Source: an uncultured bacterium (lineage in GTDB: Bacteria; Desulfobacterota_D; UBA1144; Nemesobacterales; UBA2774). Taken from it: 64,000 nucleotides of DNA. The stretch spans positions 96,001 to 160,000 of the forward strand of contig CAVPJU010000008.1 in the NCBI GenBank assembly GCA_963705505.1, in the 5' to 3' direction. This document shows, one piece after another, positions 57,968 through 64,000 of this stretch (position 1 is the first letter of the stretch; each line of letters opens with the position of its first letter). Under the pieces are notes generated by a model. It searched no databases. It was not told the DNA's origin and saw only the letters and a list, made by a program, of their open reading frames with translations. Made by a program: the position numbers and the translations under genes.

Positions 57968-60754
57968 TCATGAGAAATACCTGTCGTATACTTTCCTTAT
58001 CTTATTCGTTACCGCAACATATTTTTTCCTGAGCTGCTTTCCGTCCGAATCCGCATCGAGCTCGGCCGAGAGTTTGTCGAAATCGCTCTCGTAGAGCTCG
58101 TTTATAGACCTGTCGTGGAGGAGTCTCAGGAGGTTCTCCATCTTTTTAAGGAAATAAAGCCCGTCCATGAGCTCGGCGTATTCCGTCTCCTTTATTATGC
58201 CCGCGTCCCTGAGCCCCGTAAGCGCGTCCCCCGTATTCTGCCCCCTCACTTCCCTGTGCTCCCCGCCGTGCCTTAGCTGGAGCATCTGTACGAGGAACTC
58301 TATATCCACTATTCCTCCCCTCCCCGTCTTGATGTTGAGCTTCTTTGCACTCTCCTTTGCCAGCTCCTTCTCCATCCTCGCGCGGAGGCGTTTTATCTGC
58401 TTGTGAAAATCAGGCGGCAGCGGCTTCCCGTAAACGAACTCTTCAATGGACTCCGCCACGCGCTTTCCCAGCTTAACGTCCCCCGCCGACGCCCTGGCCC
58501 TGAGGAGCGCCTGCCTCTCCCAGACCTGCGCGCTGTCTTCGTGATATTTCCTGAACGCATCGTAAGAAGTCACGAGCGCGCCCGAGCGGCCTGAAGGTCT
58601 CAGCCCCATGTCCATCTTGTATGCAAACCCTTCTCCGGTGGGTATGGAGAGTATGGAAATCACTTTTTGACCGAGCTTCGAGAAGAACTCGTGCTCCTCG
58701 GCCTTGCCGTCGTATATGAAAATGACATCGAGGTCGGAATTATAGCTGAGCTCCCTGCCGCCGAGCTTCCCCATACCGAGCACTATCATCCGCGGCCCTT
58801 TTTTCGTTCCCTTCTCATTCCCCGCTACGATGTCCCACGCGAGTCCGAGCCCGACCCCGAGCACTGCCTCGGCGACGAGCGAGAGGTACCAGCCGACGTA
58901 AAACGGGTCGACCTCGCGGTTCAGGTCACGGAGGCAAATCTTTAGCGTCTCCACGTGCCTGAACCTCCTTATCGCATCGAGCTTGCCCTCGTAATCGCTC
59001 TCCTCCGCGACCGCGTGCTCGAGCTCGCGGAGCATTTCCTCTTTCGATGCGAACTCGGTCCTGACGCTCCTGAGAGTGATGACGTCCAGGTACTCGGGGT
59101 GCCGTATGAGGAAATTGGACAGGTAGCCGCTCGTCGAGAAGAGCTTCGAGAGGAGCTCTATGATGTCGGGGTTCTCGAGCAGGACGGCATATATGGACGT
59201 CCTCCAGCCGATGCCTGATATGAAACGTTCCAGGTTGATGAGAGCAGCGTCCGGGTCGGGGGATTTCAATATGCTTCCGAGAAAGGCGGGGATCACCCGC
59301 CTCGTCGTGACGCGTCCCTCCCGGGTGAGCGCTCCCCTTCGCGGGTCGAGGAGCTTCGAGAAGAGGTCCATAGCGCTCCCCGGGTTTTTGAAGCCCAGCT
59401 TTTTAAGGTTTTCGACCGCTTCCTTCTCGTCGATATTCCCCTCCGTGAGGAAGTCCGCCACCCTGAGGAATTCCCTTCCGACTTCTTCGGTTTTTTCGGA
59501 ACGCTCGTAAAAAAGACTCTTGAATATCTTGGATACGGCAGACGTATTATCGGTGTAGAGGGCCTCGAACTCGTCCCTGCCCTTGAGTCCCGCCCTCTTC
59601 GCGAGCTTCTCTATCTCTTCGGGAGATGCGGGTATCTTGTGCGTCTGCCTCTCGTCCGCGATCTGAATGTAATGCTCAACCTTTCTCAGAAAGAGGTAAG
59701 AAGATGAGAGCGTGTCGTGGACGTCCTTATCTATAATTTTATTCATTCTTAATTTTTCGAGAGCGCGGAGAGTGTTGCTCTCCCTTATGCCCTTGACCGC
59801 CCCGCCGTTCACGAGCTGGAGCGCCTGTATGAAGAACTCTATCTCCCTTATACCGCCCTTTCCCAATTTCACGTCCCGCTTCTTCTCGAGACGGTCGAGC
59901 TTCATCTTCATGTCCTTGAGGTCTTCTATCGACGTGTAGTCGAGAAACTTCTTATATACGAAAGGCTCGATCTCTCTTATGAATTCGTCTCCGAGACGTA
60001 TATCCCCCGCGACGGGTCTGGCCTTTATCATGGCCGCCCTCTCCCACGTATCCCCCCAGTAGAAGTAGTGCTCGACGGCGCCGTCTATAGGAACCGAGAC
60101 CGAGCTCTTGCTCCCGCCGGGCCTGAGTCCGAGATCGACCCTGTAAAGGAAACCGTCCTCGGTTAAGGCGCTCAGCGTCTTCGTCGCCCTTTCGCCCAGC
60201 TTGAAGAAGGGGTCGGGGTCCCCGTTGTCCCTGTAAATGTATATGAGGTCAACGTCGGAGCTCAGGTTGAGCTCCCTGCCGCCGAGCTTTCCCATCCCGA
60301 GGACGACGAACTCGCCCGCTCCGTCCATCCTGAGCTCTTTTCTGTGGAACGCAATTACGGCTTCGAGTATTGCGCCCGCCAAATCCGAAAGCTCTTCCAT
60401 TGTATCGGGGAAGGGAGCCGCACCGGTTATGTCACGGTATGCGATCCTCGCGAGCTCCCTGTATTTATAGTGAGTGAGGCGCGATTGGAGGACGGCCGCG
60501 GATTCGGATGAATCCGTTATACCGCGCGCTTCGTCCGAAAAACGTGGCGGCTCTTTTTTCGTTTTCAGTATTTTTGGTGAATCGAGGTAATCGAGTATTC
60601 CGGGGTCTTTGAGTATCGCCCTTCTCAGGAACGAGCTCCAGGATGCGAGAAGCTCGAGGATTTCCTTTTTTCCGGATGGTATATCCCTGTGGAGTTCTCT
60701 GAAATGCTCTAGGGCGGTCCGGGCATTCTCGGGATCGGGTAATGCTCTATTCAA
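57968..60754 (-). CDS. glnE: Bifunctional glutamine synthetase adenylyltransferase/deadenylase
   Basis: Two nucleotidyltransferase domains (GMGKLGGRELNLSSDVDL and GMGKLGGRELSYNSDLDV), KLGKGGIREIEF, WERQAL. Confidence 0.96.
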   Translation of the reverse strand: MNRALPDPENARTALEHFRELHRDIPSGKKEILELLASWSSFLRRAILKDPGILDYLDSPKILKTKKEPPRFSDEARGITDSSESAAVLQSRLTHYKYRELARIAYRDITGAAPFPDTMEELSDLAGAILEAVIAFHRKELRMDGAGEFVVLGMGKLGGRELNLSSDVDLIYIYRDNGDPDPFFKLGERATKTLSALTEDGFLYRVDLGLRPGGSKSSVSVPIDGAVEHYFYWGDTWERAAMIKARPVAGDIRLGDEFIREIEPFVYKKFLDYTSIEDLKDMKMKLDRLEKKRDVKLGKGGIREIEFFIQALQLVNGGAVKGIRESNTLRALEKLRMNKIIDKDVHDTLSSSYLFLRKVEHYIQIADERQTHKIPASPEEIEKLAKRAGLKGRDEFEALYTDNTSAVSKIFKSLFYERSEKTEEVGREFLRVADFLTEGNIDEKEAVENLKKLGFKNPGSAMDLFSKLLDPRRGALTREGRVTTRRVIPAFLGSILKSPDPDAALINLERFISGIGWRTSIYAVLLENPDIIELLSKLFSTSGYLSNFLIRHPEYLDVITLRSVRTEFASKEEMLRELEHAVAEESDYEGKLDAIRRFRHVETLKICLRDLNREVDPFYVGWYLSLVAEAVLGVGLGLAWDIVAGNEKGTKKGPRMIVLGMGKLGGRELSYNSDLDVIFIYDGKAEEHEFFSKLGQKVISILSIPTGEGFAYKMDMGLRPSGRSGALVTSYDAFRKYHEDSAQVWERQALLRARASAGDVKLGKRVAESIEEFVYGKPLPPDFHKQIKRLRARMEKELAKESAKKLNIKTGRGGIVDIEFLVQMLQLRHGGEHREVRGQNTGDALTGLRDAGIIKETEYAELMDGLYFLKKMENLLRLLHDRSINELYESDFDKLSAELDADSDGKQLRKKYVAVTNKIRKVYDRYFS

Positions 60755-61064
60755 CGTTTATTTTCCTGCTTCTTTTTCCGCGCGTCCCTTTGGCTCCGCT
60801 CTTCCTGCGCTCCTTGATCTCCTCCCCCGCCTTCTTGACGATCTCGAACCCCTTGCTGACAGCCTTGAACGGGAGCTCGCAGACGAACTTCCTCCCTTCC
60901 TCTTTCTGAAGCAGATCCTTCACGCCTTTAATTGCTAAACCGGTGCCCACGACCATCTCTGTCGCGCTCACGATGAAATGCTCCCCCGCCTTGCCAAGGT
61001 CGCTTAAATCGACCTTCGGCTCTTTCTCTTCCGTAACGGTTTTCTTCTGCTGTCTTCTCGCCAT
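60747..61064 (-). CDS. Small basic hypothetical protein
   Basis: 105-aa ORF overlapping the glnE start; ends RSRKINVE. Confidence 0.65.
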   Translation of the reverse strand: MARRQQKKTVTEEKEPKVDLSDLGKAGEHFIVSATEMVVGTGLAIKGVKDLLQKEEGRKFVCELPFKAVSKGFEIVKKAGEEIKERRKSGAKGTRGKRSRKINVE

Positions 61065-61198
61065 ATTTCCGCCTCGCTTGCCGCGTCCTTTACCGGTTGT
61101 AAAGATAACGGACCCGACACCGAAATTTTACCAGAAATAAGGGGTTGTGTTTATAGGAGGCGGAGAATCAGTGCCGATGTGCGATTTCTGCTTCTCTC

Positions 61199-61368
61199 CT
61201 CCGTCCAACCCTACAATCTACTCCACAATTGTAGGAGCGGCTTTCAGCCGCGACCCTTCATCCTCATGCTATGACGAGAAAACCTGTCTTTGCGAGGAAC
61301 GAAGTGACGAAGCAATCTCATGAAAAAAAAGCGAGATCGCCACGACCATAATACGGTCTCGCGATGAC
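61199..61368. repeat. REP-like palindrome cluster (GTAG-type and TTGCGAG-type)
   Basis: GTAGGAGCGGCTTTCAGCCGCGA at 61231-61253; reverse GTAGGGTTGGACGGAGG near 61199-61215; TTGCGAGGAACGAAGTGACGAAGCAATCTC and GAGATCGCCACG...TCGCGATGAC. Confidence 0.7.
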
Positions 61369-61428
61369 AGTGTGGCAGTATGATGTTCCACCAAGTGCTG
61401 TCCTCATCACACACTATAGATTAGACCC

Positions 61429-63843
61429 TCAGCTAAAATTATATGGATCGACATCCACGGAAATCCTGACGCCGCCCGTAAGGTTCGAAACAAGCTTCGT
61501 CAGCTTCTTCGTGAAGCTGCGGAGGAGTCCCGCGTTCGTCGATTTCAGGAGCATCTGGAACCTGTACCTGTTCCTTATCTTGCTCACAGGGCAGGGCGAT
61601 GGCCCAAGCACTTGCAATGCGCCGGGCTTTAACTTCGTGACGAGCTTCCGCGCGGTCTCTCCCGCCCTCTCCGCTGTCTCTTCAGTCTCGCGCTCGCTCT
61701 TTCCGGTGAACCTTATATTAACAAGCCTCGAAAAAGGCGGATAGCCGAGCTCCTCTCTTAACTTGAGCTCTTCTTCGAGAAAACCCTTGCTGTCCTGCCT
61801 TACGGCATGCTCGATGCTCGGGTGTTCCGGGTTGTATGTCTGAACGATCGCTCTCCCCGGCGTATCCCCGCGTCCCGCCCTGCCCGCGACCTGAGTGACG
61901 AGCTGAAACGTCCTTTCACCTGAGCGGAAGTCCGGTATGCCGAGGGATATATCAGCCGATATCACGCCCACGAGCGTTACGCCCGGCAGGTCGTGCCCCT
62001 TCGCCACCATCTGAGTCCCTATTAGGACGTCTATCTCCCCGCGCTCGAGCCTTCCGTAGAGATTTAGCAGGCTCTTCTTCCCGGCCACCGTGTCCCTGTC
62101 CATGCGCGCGGCCTTGGCCTCGGGGATTATACGCCTTATCTCCTCCTCGACCTTCTGAGTCCCGATGCCGAGTCCCCTCACGGACTCTCCGCATTTGAGG
62201 CACGCGCCCGTGAGCTTCTCCGAGAGACCGCACATGTGGCACATGACGGAGTCCTGACGCGAATGGTACGTGAGCGACACGCTGCAGTTAGGGCACTTCA
62301 TTATCTCGCCGCACACCGGGCAGACGATGAGAGTCGAATACCCGCGCCTGTTGAGAAAGAGGATCGTTTGTCTATCGTGCCAGAAGTTGTCCACTATCCC
62401 TTCCCGAAGTATCCCCGAGAACACGGCCCCGCCTTCGTACTTCATGTCGGCGATCTCGACTGAGGGGAGCGGCCTGTCCTCCACTCTTAACGGTAGAGAG
62501 AGGTACTCGAATTTATGCTTGAGGGCATTATAGTAGGATTCGACCGAAGGGGTCGCGGAGCCCAGCACCACGACCGAGCCCGTCATCTTGCCGAGCACTA
62601 GGGCGAGGTCCCTCGCGTTGTAACACGGGGTCTCCTCCTGCTTGTACGTGGTCTCGTGCTCCTCGTCGACGACTATGATGCCTATGTTCGAGAATGGCGC
62701 GAATATCGCGGAGCGCGCTCCGATCACGACCTTCACCTCGCCGCGGCTCGCCATGCGCCAGGCGTCGAACCTCTCTCCGTCCGACAGCGCGCTGTGAATT
62801 ACAGCGACCTTGCTCCCGAACCTCGCCCTCACCCTTTTTACAAGGAGCGGCGTAAGGGATATCTCGGGTACGAGGAGTATTGCTTCCTTCCCCTTGCCGA
62901 TGACCTCCTCTATCGCGCGGAGGTAAACTTCGGTCTTTCCGCTCCCCGTGACTCCGTGCAATAAAAAGGGCGCAAACTTACCCTTTTCGACCGCGTCCTT
63001 TATTTTCCCGCACGCGATCTCCTGGTCTATCGTGAGCGCGGGACGCCTGTCTTCCTTTATCTCAATCCCCGCGAAAGGGTCCCTCGACACCTCTTCGTGC
63101 TCCGTCACTATGAAACCGTTCTCGCCTAGCCATGCGAGGTGTGCGTTTACGTTGCCGAATACCTCTTTCAAATCGTCAAGCGGCACCCTGCCGTTTGCAA
63201 GCACGAATTCCAGTATCTGCGACTTGGTCTTCTTTCTCTTTAGAAGAGGATCGTCGAGGGCCGCGCCCGGAGCGGCCGATATAATCCTCTCCGTTTTTAT
63301 TTTCGGGTCAGACTTGAGCTCGTATTCGAAATCGACGAGCCCCCTTCTCTTTAGCGAATTAAGGAGCTCGGCCGAAGTGTTCTCGACGAGGGAGAGGAGC
63401 TTCTGCGAGCTTATTTCCCCTGAATTGAGAACGGTCTTGAGCACGAGTATTTCGTGCTCGGTGAGCCTCCCGTCTTCGAGTGATTTCTTACCGCCGTCCG
63501 TAATTTTTATGAGGCGCTTGAGGCTCACTCCGAGCCCGCCCGGATGTGCGGCTTTAAGCACGATTCCCAGCGAGGTCATGTAGTAATCCGCGACCCACTT
63601 CAGAAACTCGAGCCTTTTAATATCGAACAGGGGCTCGTCGTCCACGATGTCGAGCACGTCTTTAAGCTCTATATCGGGCGGAGGCTCGCCCAGGCCGACA
63701 ATGAAGCCTATCGTCCTCCTGTTCCTGAACGGGACGAGGACGCGCTTGCCTAACGCAATACCCTCTCTCAGATGGGCGGGCACGCTGTAGGAATAGAGCC
63801 CTTCCCCGGGTATAGGAACGGCGACATGGACGGTTTCAATCAT
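61429..63843 (-). CDS. priA: Primosomal protein N' (replication restart helicase)
   Basis: GVTGSGKTEVY, VDEEH, GSATPS, four CxxC, GTQMVAKG, QVAGRAGR. Confidence 0.97.
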   Translation of the reverse strand: MIETVHVAVPIPGEGLYSYSVPAHLREGIALGKRVLVPFRNRRTIGFIVGLGEPPPDIELKDVLDIVDDEPLFDIKRLEFLKWVADYYMTSLGIVLKAAHPGGLGVSLKRLIKITDGGKKSLEDGRLTEHEILVLKTVLNSGEISSQKLLSLVENTSAELLNSLKRRGLVDFEYELKSDPKIKTERIISAAPGAALDDPLLKRKKTKSQILEFVLANGRVPLDDLKEVFGNVNAHLAWLGENGFIVTEHEEVSRDPFAGIEIKEDRRPALTIDQEIACGKIKDAVEKGKFAPFLLHGVTGSGKTEVYLRAIEEVIGKGKEAILLVPEISLTPLLVKRVRARFGSKVAVIHSALSDGERFDAWRMASRGEVKVVIGARSAIFAPFSNIGIIVVDEEHETTYKQEETPCYNARDLALVLGKMTGSVVVLGSATPSVESYYNALKHKFEYLSLPLRVEDRPLPSVEIADMKYEGGAVFSGILREGIVDNFWHDRQTILFLNRRGYSTLIVCPVCGEIMKCPNCSVSLTYHSRQDSVMCHMCGLSEKLTGACLKCGESVRGLGIGTQKVEEEIRRIIPEAKAARMDRDTVAGKKSLLNLYGRLERGEIDVLIGTQMVAKGHDLPGVTLVGVISADISLGIPDFRSGERTFQLVTQVAGRAGRGDTPGRAIVQTYNPEHPSIEHAVRQDSKGFLEEELKLREELGYPPFSRLVNIRFTGKSERETEETAERAGETARKLVTKLKPGALQVLGPSPCPVSKIRNRYRFQMLLKSTNAGLLRSFTKKLTKLVSNLTGGVRISVDVDPYNFS

Positions 63844-64000
63844 TTACACGGGAGTCTAATTGTTTTCCCAACGGCGTGCAATAGTTCGCCAGGCGCCTAT
63901 ATTTGTAAATACAAGTCAGCCCTGAGCGGGGTTCAGGAAAGGCATACAACCGGGCGGTCCTGCCTAATAATGCAGCCGGAAAAATCAGATGGATATATGT

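Noticed and set aside
63900..64000. Possible RNA element or gene end at the window edge
   Set aside because: Too short to assign; may be the 3' end of a minus-strand gene continuing outside the window

Overview
A 64-kb bacterial chromosomal segment from a diderm organism (HldE heptose synthesis, outer-membrane porin, PilF-like lipoprotein, CarD, GlnE). A deltaproteobacterial/Desulfobacterota-type lineage is plausible but only inferred. Housekeeping genes include folE, a tandem PTPS, hemA, hemC, an orphan nuoM, sufT-like plus mrp, a CbpA-like DnaJ, hldE, mtnP, rsmG, trmI, pckA, carD, glnE, priA and tRNA-fMet, tRNA-Lys and tRNA-Glu. These alternate with accessory patches. The best novelty candidate is a sulfonate/oxyanion-type ABC importer whose ATPase carries an N-terminal TusA/YeeD-like CPxP sulfur-carrier domain (4960-6015), followed co-directionally by an unknown 220-aa protein and an OprO/P-type porin. 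Other highlights: a c-di-GMP-I riboswitch leading an unknown gene; two duplicated tRNA-fMet 3' ends bounding one-gene mini-islands; a DEDDh exonuclease-WYL fusion; a NodZ-like fucosyltransferase at the window edge; tandem cupins differing in a metal ligand; a HigAB plus possible HEPN AT-rich islet; a split MoxR/vWA system; and several REP/MITE-like hairpin mosaics. Many conserved genes carry single-base frameshifts, which suggests consensus errors, so fusion and pseudogene calls need read-level confirmation. All family assignments come from motif recognition by eye; no searches were run.
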